A stretch of DNA of 51,307 nt, taken from positions 1 through 51,307 of the forward strand of contig CAZAZV010000003.1 of assembly GCA_964489845.1 (NCBI GenBank), given 5' to 3'. This DNA is from an uncultured Candidatus Saccharibacteria bacterium (GTDB lineage: Bacteria; Patescibacteriota; Minisyncoccia; UBA6257; GWB1-50-10). Each line of letters starts with the position of its first letter. Position 1 is the first letter of the stretch. Below the pieces are notes generated by a model. The model had not been told where the DNA came from, ran no database searches, and saw only the letters and a program-made list of their open reading frames with translations. The translations under genes and the position numbers were made by a program. Shown here piece after piece: positions 35,488 to 45,506 of the stretch.

Positions 35488-38400
35488 TTACAACGCACTG
35501 TTGATCGCAGTCGATGGCGTACCGTCGATCGGCAAGTTCTGAATGGTGTCGAGTGTCGTACCATTTCCGTTGCCGTCATAGCCCAAGCTGCTCTCATCAA
35601 CCTGATATTTCAGGTCTCCTAGTGAGCCGACACCGAATGCCGCCGTGTCACCGCTCTTCATTACTTGAGAGTTCTCAATCGCGATGTAGCGGAATGAACC
35701 ACCATCAACTGTGCGGTTCGCAGCCGTCGAGGTCGAGATGTTAAGGGTCACATACCCGCCTGACGTTGCTTGTACTCCATTGTCGATTTCAACACTGAAC
35801 CCTGAAGTTTGGTTCTGGCTGGCTGTCGTGTAGATCCCGAAGGTACTCGTCGTGTTTCCACTCTGAGTGAACTTGAAGCTTGTCGAGGTACCCAAGCGAA
35901 CTGACGCCGGACCGGGGTTGTAGATCTTGTAGACCGCCAACTGTGTTCCGGACGGGCAGCCGTTACCCGCAGAACCGCACGAGGCGGCAGCAGTCGGCGA
36001 AACCGCCGTAATCTGCACGTCCTGCGGCACTACGTATGTGTAACCGGACGCTGCTGGCGTACCGATGACCGTTGTCGTGGTAGCCGACGATGCACCCGTC
36101 GAGGACACGCTCGAAGTCGCTGCAATGTCGAACGAGAAGCTGTCACCCAAGACCGCGTTGCCTGCCGCTCCAACCGTCGCCTTGATGTACACACTCATTC
36201 CAGTCGTCGGAACGATGCTCTGGAATATGTTGTCGTTGGCGGTGAACTTCACAGTACAAACACCTGATGCACAGGAATTGAACTGCGGCTGCGTCGTTAC
36301 GAGCGAACCGCCCGCAGACGGGTCACCGTTGTAGAGCTGGAAGTTGGTCAGCGTAGTCGTTGCAAGCGTCCCATTAGCTGTCGAGCTCGCTGTGAGCTTC
36401 AACACTGTGATCTTCGCTCCTTCATACTGTGGCAGTATCTTGAAGGCGAATACGACGCTCGGCGTTGAACCGATCGTCACTATTTGGTTCACTGACGGCG
36501 ATGCGCCTGCACCGGAGAGCACTGACAAGGTCAGGTTGCCTGCGGCGACAAGTGTTTGCGCCTGTCCTGAACCCGCGTACGTCGGGGTTACCGTGTTACC
36601 GGTTACCGCACCGGATGCTGTGATGCCGCTCGAGGCGATGTTGAATTTGTTCGTCGAGCCCGTCGCCGCACCGGAGAGCACATCACTTGTCAGGATGAGG
36701 GTTACCGGTATCGAAGGGGTGACGACTATCGCCTGTGTCGGCGTGAATGTCACCGTGTCGTTCGTGCCCGGCGTGCCGCCAAGTGTGAGCGAGCTCTGCG
36801 AGTCGTTCGTGACGATGTATTCACTTGACTGCGGAATACCATCGCCATCCGCGTCGTTGTAGAGCTTGTAGTTGCCCAAGTCGGTGTTCACTGTCGAAGA
36901 ACCGTTGTGGGTGACCACGATCTTGGTGACTCTCGTGTTCTCACCTCCTGAACCAGCGTTCAAGGAGAAGCTCGCGAGCACATACCCGTTCGTGCCCGCA
37001 ACAACCGAGTTCGCCGCCGGTGTGGCCAGCGTGGTCACTGTGAGCGACGCCGCCGATACCGTCAGGTTGTAGCCGTTCTGCGCTGTGACACCCGGGTCAA
37101 CGAGGTCGCCGGTCACAAGCCGTTTCGCCTGGATGAGGTCAAACGACTTCACCTGGTAGGCGCTCGAGCTCGTAGCCGTCGATGGGATATCAGTCGACAC
37201 GCTAATCGTGTTGTCCTGACCCGCTGTCAAAATCGGGTAGCTCGAGAGTGTTACCGTCGTAGCGGCTGACGTGAAGGTCGAAGCCGCTGCGCTGTACACG
37301 ATACCACCGTTCACCCTGACATACACCGTACCGGTCAAGTTTGCGCTGCCGGTGCTCGATGCAATCTGGAAGCTCACCTGGCGAAGCTCATAGTTCTCAC
37401 CCGTCGGGTGGGCGATGAAGTCCGCAAGGTCCACACCCGTCGCGCCCGGGGCTACCGAGCCGCTCGGCGATGTGGCGCTTCTCGAGAAGGTCATCGTACC
37501 GCTGCCAATCGTCTGGATGTTGAATCCGTTGCCGATCGGGAAGCTCGAGTCATTCGTGCCCGCACCCGGAAGGAGCGAGACGCCGGTCGACACGCCGCGA
37601 AGGTCGATGTCGTAGTTGTTGTACACGACGAGATTAATCGTCTTCGTCGTGCCACCTACGATTTTCGCGAGCACGATCAGGTCTTTCGTCTGGCCCTTGC
37701 CGATGAGGTAGGGGTTGCTCGACAGGTTAAACGTGACGTACTGACCGCTCGGCTGGGCAACGGCAAGCACCGTGCCGTCCGTCGCTTCCAAGGTTACGTC
37801 CTTGTAGTCCGTGTCGTCCGCATTTCCGTAGTTGTAGAGCGTCAAGCCGTACAGCTTCGTGTCCTCATTGCTCGAGGTTTCCTGGATGCGGAAGCGCGTG
37901 ATTTCCTGCAAGTGCGCCGGGTCAACGTTCAGAGACGAAGAGCCGGTCGTTGTCAGGACATCCAATGTCGTTGAGGCAATCGAGCTGCCGCCGTTTACGA
38001 CGTTCATCGCCGTACCCGCAATCGGGAACGAGGCGCTCACGTTCGAAGCGGTGGAACTCACTGATTGCAAGGCGAGCGAGACGGTCCCGTTGTAGTTGCC
38101 ACTCAACAGGTTGACGCGGAATGTCAACTCAACCGACGTTCCCGCTTTGACGACCAAAGGAGTGGCGAACGGGATAACAATCGTGTTGTCGGCGTTGATT
38201 GAGGTGATGACGTTCCCATACCGATTCCCCTGCGCGTCGACGACATCAACACCGTTGATGTTGGTGTTCGCGACGAAGCCGCTCTTCGCGAGCGTGAGAG
38301 AATTGATTGAAACATCCTTCGAGCCCGCCGCAAAGATAACTTTCAAGACGGGGTTGAACGACGTTCCGCTACCGAGGACTTTCGCTCCCGGGTTGTCGGA

Positions 38401-38940
38401 CGCCACCTGCACCACGAGGTCTGTTCCCGAAGGAACTGATACAACTGGGCCGGTGGTCGTGCCGGTGGTCGTGCTGGTGGTCGTAGTTCCGCCTGTGGTA
38501 ACCGCAATCGCGCTGTACTTAGCCCGCGAAGACGGACCGAAGTAGCCGCCGTAGCTCCCGTAGCTGATGCCGTTCGCATCCTGCCACTTCTTCACTGCTG
38601 CCTGCGTGAGCGAGCCGTAGTACGTGCTCTCATTGCCCGGAGAGCCCGCGCCGCTCGACGCAATGGTGTAGCCCGCGCCGTTCAGGTACTGCTGCAGACA
38701 CTTCACGTCCGAACCGGACATTCCCGGATACAGATTTCTCGTGAAAGTGCACGCCGTGGTTCCCGTTGTGCTCGTGGTGGTAGAGGTCGAGCTCGATAAG
38801 AGCTGAACCAGAAGCGCCAAGAGCTGGTCCCGCGACATGCTCTGCAAGTCAGTGACCGATACTGCGTGCCCTACACCGCTCATGCCGATCATTGTCACGA
38901 GTGACAATGCGACAATGCTGATTTTCTGTAAGGTACTCAT
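35488..38940 (-). CDS. Large secreted cell-surface (S-layer-like) protein with a peptidoglycan-binding domain, 1150 aa
   Basis: A signal peptide (MSTLQKISIVALSLVTMIGMSGVGHA) is followed by a PG_binding_1-like segment (GSDVKCLQQYLN...YGSLTQAAVKKWQ). Then come poly-Thr linkers and repeated beta-rich T/S/G/V modules. Confidence 0.85.
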   Translation of the reverse strand: MSTLQKISIVALSLVTMIGMSGVGHAVSVTDLQSMSRDQLLALLVQLLSSSTSTTTSTTGTTACTFTRNLYPGMSGSDVKCLQQYLNGAGYTIASSGAGSPGNESTYYGSLTQAAVKKWQDANGISYGSYGGYFGPSSRAKYSAIAVTTGGTTTTSTTTGTTTGPVVSVPSGTDLVVQVASDNPGAKVLGSGTSFNPVLKVIFAAGSKDVSINSLTLAKSGFVANTNINGVDVVDAQGNRYGNVITSINADNTIVIPFATPLVVKAGTSVELTFRVNLLSGNYNGTVSLALQSVSSTASNVSASFPIAGTAMNVVNGGSSIASTTLDVLTTTGSSSLNVDPAHLQEITRFRIQETSSNEDTKLYGLTLYNYGNADDTDYKDVTLEATDGTVLAVAQPSGQYVTFNLSSNPYLIGKGQTKDLIVLAKIVGGTTKTINLVVYNNYDIDLRGVSTGVSLLPGAGTNDSSFPIGNGFNIQTIGSGTMTFSRSATSPSGSVAPGATGVDLADFIAHPTGENYELRQVSFQIASSTGSANLTGTVYVRVNGGIVYSAAASTFTSAATTVTLSSYPILTAGQDNTISVSTDIPSTATSSSAYQVKSFDLIQAKRLVTGDLVDPGVTAQNGYNLTVSAASLTVTTLATPAANSVVAGTNGYVLASFSLNAGSGGENTRVTKIVVTHNGSSTVNTDLGNYKLYNDADGDGIPQSSEYIVTNDSQSSLTLGGTPGTNDTVTFTPTQAIVVTPSIPVTLILTSDVLSGAATGSTNKFNIASSGITASGAVTGNTVTPTYAGSGQAQTLVAAGNLTLSVLSGAGASPSVNQIVTIGSTPSVVFAFKILPQYEGAKITVLKLTASSTANGTLATTTLTNFQLYNGDPSAGGSLVTTQPQFNSCASGVCTVKFTANDNIFQSIVPTTGMSVYIKATVGAAGNAVLGDSFSFDIAATSSVSSTGASSATTTTVIGTPAASGYTYVVPQDVQITAVSPTAAASCGSAGNGCPSGTQLAVYKIYNPGPASVRLGTSTSFKFTQSGNTTSTFGIYTTASQNQTSGFSVEIDNGVQATSGGYVTLNISTSTAANRTVDGGSFRYIAIENSQVMKSGDTAAFGVGSLGDLKYQVDESSLGYDGNGNGTTLDTIQNLPIDGTPSTAINSAL

Positions 38941-39113
38941 TTACTGTTAATTTTGTTTATCGACTTGTTTTTGTTTTGTTTCGACCAAGAAACAAATTTC
39001 TGCTTTTCAGTACGACCTTTTGCCAAACTGTTTATTTCCGGTTCTTCCCTGCTTCCTGCCGGGGGTGAGGCCCCGCACTGGACACGGAAGGTTCTGTATC
39101 AAATCAATGTAAT

Positions 39114-39140
39114 AAAAAACTCGCCGTTCTTGGGGCGAGG
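39114..39140 (-). terminator. Rho-independent terminator
   Basis: On the minus strand CTCGCC-ccaagaac-GGCGAG is followed by TTTTTT. Confidence 0.7.
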
Positions 39141-39235
39141 TGCGCGCAAAGCAAAGAAGCGGTAGATGGATTTCCCACAGCTTCCATTACCGGTTGCTTA
39201 TGCGTCGAGCTTAGCCTCACCCTAAGCCGTTCTTA
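39114..39235 (-). ncRNA. Candidate small structured RNA or structured 3' UTR (about 120 nt), family unknown
   Basis: An upstream TTGACA (39263-39268), 16 nt, then TAGTAT. The transcript would contain hairpins GCTTAG-ggtgagg-CTAAGC and GGTAATGGA..TCCAT(C)TACC plus the terminator. No plausible ORF is present. Confidence 0.3.
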
Positions 39236-39310
39236 CTTCTATACTACCTCCCTCATCCCACATGTCAATGAGGCAGGTTCATTAGGTATAACGACGCCGT
39301 TACCTCGCTG

Positions 39311-40066
39311 TTACATAAACGCGAGGGCGAGGAGCACCAGGAGCCCGAAGGCAAAAACGCTCATTTCCCGCAGGAGGAACGGGGTAACAGCGCGCCCGTC
39401 GCGCTCCCCCCGGAAACGGGAAATATCCCGCATAACGCTCAATATGAGCGCGGTGAGCGCCCCTCCCAAGACCGGTGAGAAGGGCAGCATATGTGCGAAG
39501 AAGAGCCCGGAAAGCCCCAAAAATACGAAAAGGAGCGTGTCGAGGAGGCGCTCCACCGCATCGTTGTTCTCCTCCCGCATCTCCCCTGCGAGAGCGACGA
39601 GGAAAAGCGTCGCCACCGCCGCCCAGACACCCAAAAACACGCTCTCCGCGAGCGTGAGGAGCGCTGAAGCGCCAAGAAAGAGGATAAGGGGATATCGTAA
39701 CGGCTGGAAGAACCGGCTTTTCCCCTCCCGTTCCTGCGCTGCGTCATGACGCGGCTGCGTCGAGTCGTGCAGAACCCAGAATACCGCGACGAATGCGAGT
39801 CCGAGCGGGAGCGCCGCGAGTACCCCTCCGTGCGTGAAGAGCACCGCCCCCGACACTGCCGTCGTCACAAATGAGATTCTCACGCGCTTCCGTTCCCTCC
39901 CCATGAGGAAGTAGAACAACGCGGAACACAGAAGGACGGCGATGAGCCATCCCTCCTCCGGGTAAAATGACAAAGAAACGAACGCTCCGGCGAGTACGAC
40001 GCTTCTATACAGTGAGCTCCACTCGCTTTGAGCGGCTATTAAATGAGACGCTAACGTTTTCGCCAT
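39311..40066 (-). CDS. Polytopic membrane protein, unknown function
   Basis: About 6 hydrophobic segments. The ATG at 40066 overlaps the clpB 3' end by 62 nt; a TTG at 39973 would avoid the overlap, so the start is uncertain. Confidence 0.5.
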   Translation of the reverse strand: MAKTLASHLIAAQSEWSSLYRSVVLAGAFVSLSFYPEEGWLIAVLLCSALFYFLMGRERKRVRISFVTTAVSGAVLFTHGGVLAALPLGLAFVAVFWVLHDSTQPRHDAAQEREGKSRFFQPLRYPLILFLGASALLTLAESVFLGVWAAVATLFLVALAGEMREENNDAVERLLDTLLFVFLGLSGLFFAHMLPFSPVLGGALTALILSVMRDISRFRGERDGRAVTPFLLREMSVFAFGLLVLLALAFM

Positions 40067-42638
40067 CGGTGATTTGCCCCTTCACCAGCTTATCAGCCAG
40101 CGCATCTACAATCAATTTCTGAATGAGCCGGCGAAGCGGCCGGGCGCCGTAGTCGGGGTCGAACCCGTTTTCGGCAAGGTATGTCTTCACCTCCGGCTTC
40201 ACCTTGAGTGTGATGTTTTTCTCCTTGAGCCGCGCCTTCACCTCCTCGAGCTGCAAGTCGACAATTCTCTTGATGGAGGCGGGTTTCAGCGCATCGAAGA
40301 TGATGGTTTCGTCCAATCGGTTCAAAAATTCCGGTTTGAAGGTGTCACGGAGGGATTCCATGACCTGCTCCCGATATGCTCCTTCTTCTGTAGTCGTCTC
40401 CCCCGCTTCGTCTCCCGTCTTGAAGCCCAATACCGCCGCGTGGCGGAAGAATTCGCTCCCGACGTTCGAGGTCATAATGATGATGCAGTTCCTGAAGTTG
40501 ACGGTTTTCCCCTTGCCGTCGGTGAGTCGCCCGTCGTCCAAAATTTGCAGGAGAATGTTGAACACTTCCGGATTCGCTTTCTCGATTTCGTCGAAGAGGA
40601 TGAGCGAATACGGCCGGTGCCGCACCGCTTCAGTCAACTGTCCCCCCTCCTCATACCCGACGTACCCCGGCGGCGAACCGATGAGCCGCGCCGTCGTGTG
40701 CTTCTCCATATACTCGGACATATCGAGGCGGATGAGCGCTCTCTCGTCATTGAACATGAACGCCGCGAGCGCGCGGGCGAGTTCCGTCTTCCCAACGCCG
40801 GTCGGGCCCAGGAACATAAAGCTCCCGACGGGACGCCCCTCGTCCGCGAGGCCGACCCGCGAGCGGCGAAGTGCGCGCGCCACGGCACCGAGCGCTTCCT
40901 CCTGTCCCACGACGCGTTCTCCCAATACCTCTTCGATGCGCGACAACTTCGTAAGCTCCGTCTCGAGCATTTTACTCACCGGTATGCCCGTCCAGCGGGA
41001 AACCACCGCGGCAATGTCCTCGTCCGAAACGTATTCTTTGATGAACGTTTCTTTCTCTTTCGCCTTCTTCGTATATTCGCGCTCCAGGTTTTTCAATTTC
41101 TTCTCCGCCTCGGGCAGCGCCCCGTAACGAATCTCCGCAACCTTGTCCAATTCCCCTTCGCGCTCCGCCACTTCCGCACCCCACCGTAAGTCCTCGACCG
41201 CTTTGCGCGCGTTGTGCAGCGCTTCGACCGCGTTTTTCTCGTTGTGCCACTCGCCGGACAGCTTGTCGTTTTTCTCCTTGAGCGCCGTAAGCTCTTTCTC
41301 GATTTCCTTCAGGCGCTTCGCTTTCGAACTGTCTTTCTGGAGTGCTTGTTTCTCCACCTCAAGCCGCGTGATGTCCCGCCGGACCTCGTCGAGCTGCTGC
41401 GGGATGCTGTCGGATTCCAAGCGGCGCGCCGCCGCCGCTTCGTCGATGAGGTCAACCGCTTTGTCGGGCAAAAACCGGTCGGTGATGTATCGCGCCGACA
41501 GATTCACCGCCGCGACGAGTGCTTCGTCGGAAATCTTGAGACCATGGTGCGTCTCGTACTTCTCCCGCAACCCCCGCAGAATCGCGATGCTGTCTTCGAG
41601 CGACGGTTCCTCAACCACGATCGGCTGGAACCGGCGTTCGAGCGCCGCATCCTTCTCGATGTACCGCTGGTATTCCTTCAAGGTCGTCGCTCCCGCGCAA
41701 CGCAATTCGCCGCGCGCGAGGGCCGGTTTCAGGAGATTCGACGCGTCCACGGCACCCTCCGTCGCGCCCGCGCCGACCATCATATGCACCTCGTCGATGA
41801 AGAGGATGATATTGCCCGATGCTTCCCGAATTTCCTTGAGGAGTGCCTTGATGCGGTCTTCGAACTCGCCACGGAACTTTGTCCCGGCGATAATCGAGCC
41901 CAAATCGAGCGAAATCACCCGCTTGCCCTTCAGCGATTCCGGTACCTCGCCATTCACGATGCGCTGCGCGAGCCCTTCGATAATCGCCGTCTTTCCCACG
42001 CCCGGTTCGCCGATGAGGACGGGGTTGTTCTTTGTGCGGCGGGAGAGTATCTGCATGAGGCGCCGTAGCTCGTTCTCGCGCCCGATAACCGGGTCGAGCT
42101 TGCCTTCGCGCGCCTGCTTTGTGATATCAACGGTGTACTTCTCGAGTACCTGAAACTTCGTTTCCGGAAACTCGTCGGTCACCCGCGTACTCCCGCGGAG
42201 ATGCTTGAACGCGCGAACGAGTTCGTCGCGCCGCGCACCCTGCCGTTTCAGAAAATCGCCGCAGGCGGACGGGTAATCGACTATGGCGAGCAGAATGTGC
42301 TCGCATGAGACAAACTCGTCCTTGCTCTTCAAGGCGAGCTCGACAGCGTGGTTCAAAATTCTCATCACCTCCTGCGAGAGGTAGAGTTGGCTCACCTGGT
42401 CTCCGCTCGGAAATACCTTCGGCAATTCTTCGAGCCTGTGTTTCAATTCGTCTTCCAAGCTCACCGCGTCCACGCCGGCCTCGATGAGCATGGGGCGGAC
42501 GAGCGTTTCCTCGTCTTCCAGGAGAGAAAGCGCGAGATGGAACGCGGACAATTCTCCGTGATTGTATTCGGCGACGAGCCCCTGCGCGCGCTCGAGCGCT
42601 TCCTGTGCTTTGACGGTAAATCGATGAAAATTGGGCAT
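40005..42638 (-). CDS. clpB: ATP-dependent chaperone ClpB
   Basis: 877 aa with a Clp N domain, two AAA+ modules (GEPGVGKTA and GPTGVGKTE) and a long coiled-coil middle domain. Confidence 0.95.
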   Translation of the reverse strand: MPNFHRFTVKAQEALERAQGLVAEYNHGELSAFHLALSLLEDEETLVRPMLIEAGVDAVSLEDELKHRLEELPKVFPSGDQVSQLYLSQEVMRILNHAVELALKSKDEFVSCEHILLAIVDYPSACGDFLKRQGARRDELVRAFKHLRGSTRVTDEFPETKFQVLEKYTVDITKQAREGKLDPVIGRENELRRLMQILSRRTKNNPVLIGEPGVGKTAIIEGLAQRIVNGEVPESLKGKRVISLDLGSIIAGTKFRGEFEDRIKALLKEIREASGNIILFIDEVHMMVGAGATEGAVDASNLLKPALARGELRCAGATTLKEYQRYIEKDAALERRFQPIVVEEPSLEDSIAILRGLREKYETHHGLKISDEALVAAVNLSARYITDRFLPDKAVDLIDEAAAARRLESDSIPQQLDEVRRDITRLEVEKQALQKDSSKAKRLKEIEKELTALKEKNDKLSGEWHNEKNAVEALHNARKAVEDLRWGAEVAEREGELDKVAEIRYGALPEAEKKLKNLEREYTKKAKEKETFIKEYVSDEDIAAVVSRWTGIPVSKMLETELTKLSRIEEVLGERVVGQEEALGAVARALRRSRVGLADEGRPVGSFMFLGPTGVGKTELARALAAFMFNDERALIRLDMSEYMEKHTTARLIGSPPGYVGYEEGGQLTEAVRHRPYSLILFDEIEKANPEVFNILLQILDDGRLTDGKGKTVNFRNCIIIMTSNVGSEFFRHAAVLGFKTGDEAGETTTEEGAYREQVMESLRDTFKPEFLNRLDETIIFDALKPASIKRIVDLQLEEVKARLKEKNITLKVKPEVKTYLAENGFDPDYGARPLRRLIQKLIVDALADKLVKGQITDGENVSVSFNSRSKRVELTV

Positions 42639-42723
42639 GCTTGGGTTAGAGATTAGTTATCGGAAAGTGGAAAGTAGTTATAGAAGCTTGTTTTAGCAGA
42701 CTCGTCTAACGACTGCTACTATC

Positions 42724-43986
42724 CTACAGGTTTTTCGGCATCGCTTCAAGTGTCGCCTGAAGCGTGATTTCCTTGCCGTTCCGGAATACGTCGAGCGTGA
42801 CGGTGTCCCCCACGTTGTGTTCGCCGATAAGCTCCGAAAGCGGCGTATCGATGGTCACCTGCTTCCCGTCCACTTTCAGGATGATATCTTCCGCCTGGAG
42901 TCCCGCCTGCTCCGCCGGAGAATTCGGCACGACTGCCGGCCCATCCTGGTTCCCCCGCACCAAGGCGCCGTACGACGCGGGCAAGTTCTGCGCTTTCGCG
43001 ATGTCCGCATCTATGGAGAGATACCGCACGCCGAGGTACGGCGCCTGGATTTCTCCGGTCTTTTCAACTGACTGAATGTCGCGCTTCACGACGTTAATCG
43101 GTATCGCGAAGCCGATGCTCTGCGCGTCCTGCGCCATTGCCGTATTCATCCCGACGACTTCGCCGCGGAGATTCAAGAGCGGCCCGCCGGAATTCCCCGC
43201 GTTGATTGCCGCATCCGTCTGTATCACGTCGTTGATGTTTTCCGTGAAGTTCCCTTCCCCGCCCGCGGTGATATTCCGCGAGAGGCCGGAGATGACGCCC
43301 ACGGACACGCTGTTCTGAAATTCCCCCAATGCGTTCCCGATGGCAATCGCCGTCTGTCCCAGCTTCAGCGTATCGGAATCGCCAAGCGTCACCGTCGGCA
43401 ATCCGCCGTCGGGCGGCGTGATTTTGATGAGCGCGACGTCCTGCGAGGGGTCGCGCGAGACCACCTTCGCATCATATTTCTTCCCGTCTTCCGTGAAAAC
43501 GGTGTAGTCGGCGCTCGGGTCGAGCACCACGTGCTTATTCGTCACAATCAAACCGTCGGGCGAGACGATGAAGCCGCTCCCGCCGCCCACCTCCTGTTTC
43601 TGCGTCTTGCCAGAATCGGGGCAGGGCGCGTAAAATTGCATATCGTTGCTTCCGAAGAACTGCTGGAACTCCGGCGGCAGGTTTCCGAACGGATTGTACG
43701 GGCAACTTTCCACGATCGGCACGTCTTTCGTAATCACAATCGAGACGACGGCGGGCGTCGTCTTCTCGACGGCGGAGACGACGGCGTTTTCGTAATTAAC
43801 GGTCGGCTGGTAGAGCGACGTTTGCGGTGCCGTACTCGGCGTCGAGGTCGCTTCCGGTACAAGGCCGCTCAAAAGATTCCTGAAACTGTCGAGGAGGCTC
43901 GCTCGCGACTGGGGAACGAGCAAAATCAAACCGAGCAGTACCACGGCGGCGCCGATGGTGATGATGGTCTTCTTTTTCTGTTGCAT
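42724..43986 (-). CDS. htrA: HtrA/DegP-family serine protease with a PDZ domain
   Basis: An N-terminal TM segment, GNSGGPLLN around the catalytic Ser, and a C-terminal PDZ domain (GLQAEDIILKVDG). Confidence 0.9.
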   Translation of the reverse strand: MQQKKKTIITIGAAVVLLGLILLVPQSRASLLDSFRNLLSGLVPEATSTPSTAPQTSLYQPTVNYENAVVSAVEKTTPAVVSIVITKDVPIVESCPYNPFGNLPPEFQQFFGSNDMQFYAPCPDSGKTQKQEVGGGSGFIVSPDGLIVTNKHVVLDPSADYTVFTEDGKKYDAKVVSRDPSQDVALIKITPPDGGLPTVTLGDSDTLKLGQTAIAIGNALGEFQNSVSVGVISGLSRNITAGGEGNFTENINDVIQTDAAINAGNSGGPLLNLRGEVVGMNTAMAQDAQSIGFAIPINVVKRDIQSVEKTGEIQAPYLGVRYLSIDADIAKAQNLPASYGALVRGNQDGPAVVPNSPAEQAGLQAEDIILKVDGKQVTIDTPLSELIGEHNVGDTVTLDVFRNGKEITLQATLEAMPKNL

Positions 43987-43993
43987 AGCTTTA

Positions 43994-45142
43994 TTATAGT
44001 ATCTTTTTCAACCGTTCGAGCGCTTCATCGAGTTCTTCCTTCGTTGTCCACCTCCCGAAACTGAAACGCAGCGTGCTTTTCGCGCGGTCCGCGCCGTACC
44101 CGAGTGCGCGCACGACGTGAGACGGCTCGATGGCCCGCGCGGCGCACGCCGCACCCGTCGACACCGCAACGCCCGCCATATCGAGCTTGATGAGCAGCTC
44201 TTCCCCGTCGCGCCCTGGGAAATACACGCTCACGATGTGCGGAACTCGTTCCGAATGCTTCGCCTCGGGTATGCCGTTGAGCTCCGCATCCCCCGCGGCC
44301 GCTTCGACTCTCTGTATAAAATACTCCGCAAGGCGCTCCATTCTTTCACGTTCCGTTTTCCTCGTCCCGCTCGCGAGCTCGACTGCCGCGGAGAATCCGA
44401 CTATGGCGGGCGTATTCGCGGTCGCCTTCTCGAGCTCCGGCTCGAGCCGCTCGCCTCTCGTATAGAGTGCGCCGATACCCTTCGGTCCGCAAAGTTTGTG
44501 CGCGCAGAGCGTCATGGCATCCACACCGAGTTCGTCCACGTTGCATGAGAGATACTGCGGTCCGTGTGAGGCATCTGTGTGAAAGAGCGGATACGCGTTT
44601 TGGGATTTCCTGAACTCTTTTATTATTTTCGCAATTTCCGCGAGCGGCTCTACGGTGCCGATTTCGTTGTTTACGTACATCACGGAGACGAAAACCGTCC
44701 GCTCATCGAGCAGGTTTCTGAATCCTTCGAGGTCGACGATGCCCCTTTTGTCTACCGGCAGCATTCTTGTCTCAATTCCCCGCTCCTCAAGCTTCTTCGC
44801 CGTATGTATGACCGAACTGTGCTCAATGGAGGAAACGATGATGTTTGGTTTCCCGGAAAACGTCACGACATCGAGCGCGCGTTCCACGGTTTGCTCCATG
44901 GCGAGTTTGTTCGACGCGCTCGCGCTCGGAGTAAAGATGATTTCTCCCCGCTTCGCACCGATGGCGCGCGCGATCGTTTCCTTCGCATCGTCAATCGCCT
45001 TGAGCGCCTCCTGTCCGAACGAGTGAATCGCGTTCGCATTGCCGTATTTCTCTGAAAAATATGGCTGCATAGCGCGAAGCACGCGCTCATCGACCGGCGT
45101 TGTCGCCGCGTAATCGAGGTATATTTTCTTTTCGTTTTCCAT
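43994..45142 (-). CDS. Cysteine desulfurase (class V aminotransferase, NifS/IscS-like)
   Basis: IYLDYAATTP and a C-terminal STGAACA active-site Cys loop. Start taken at MENEKK; the longer ORF reaches 45178. Confidence 0.88.
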   Translation of the reverse strand: MENEKKIYLDYAATTPVDERVLRAMQPYFSEKYGNANAIHSFGQEALKAIDDAKETIARAIGAKRGEIIFTPSASASNKLAMEQTVERALDVVTFSGKPNIIVSSIEHSSVIHTAKKLEERGIETRMLPVDKRGIVDLEGFRNLLDERTVFVSVMYVNNEIGTVEPLAEIAKIIKEFRKSQNAYPLFHTDASHGPQYLSCNVDELGVDAMTLCAHKLCGPKGIGALYTRGERLEPELEKATANTPAIVGFSAAVELASGTRKTERERMERLAEYFIQRVEAAAGDAELNGIPEAKHSERVPHIVSVYFPGRDGEELLIKLDMAGVAVSTGAACAARAIEPSHVVRALGYGADRAKSTLRFSFGRWTTKEELDEALERLKKIL

Positions 45143-45180
45143 ATGTTCAGTATATGAGCGAAGCCCGCTTTCACTCAAGC

Positions 45181-45206
45181 GAAAGCGCCCCCGCGGGGGC
45201 GCTTTC
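45181..45206. other. GC-rich perfect hairpin; possible terminator of the 45231 gene, without a clear U-tract
   Basis: GAAAGCGCCCC-cgcg-GGGGCGCTTTC. Confidence 0.45.
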
Positions 45207-45230
45207 CGGTGTCTTCGCGTGCGTTTGATG

Positions 45231-45503
45231 CTATAAGTTGTTCAAGTCCTGATTGACCTGATTCAGCTCGTTATTGACGCCGCCCGGATTAATCCCCTGC
45301 AACTGCTGCCGTATGTCGCCCGTCGTGTCGGCACCGAGTCCCGGTACCGTCGTCGACGTTCCCGCCGCAGGCGCCGTCGATGTCGCTGCGGCTCCCGTCG
45401 GTTCCGTCGGTGACACATGGCTGCTGCCGAGCCGCCACACCCACACGCCCACCACGATAATCGCGAGTATGACGATGATAATCCACCAATATTTCTGGTT
45501 CAT
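45231..45503 (-). CDS. Small membrane-anchored protein (90 aa), unknown function
   Basis: An N-terminal TM segment (WWIIIVILAIIVVGVWVW) followed by an Ala/Thr/Gly-rich tail. Confidence 0.5.
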   Translation of the reverse strand: MNQKYWWIIIVILAIIVVGVWVWRLGSSHVSPTEPTGAAATSTAPAAGTSTTVPGLGADTTGDIRQQLQGINPGGVNNELNQVNQDLNNL

Positions 45504-45506
45504 AGG

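Noticed and set aside
40074-42153. Long + strand ORFs (371, 307, 336 and 284 aa) across the clpB region. Similar antisense ORFs occur at 7854-8702, 12468-13556 and 32525-33583.
   Set aside because: All lie antisense to strongly supported genes (clpB, asnB, GT4, UGDH-like). They have Arg/Ser/Pro-rich low-complexity translations typical of shadow frames in GC-rich DNA.
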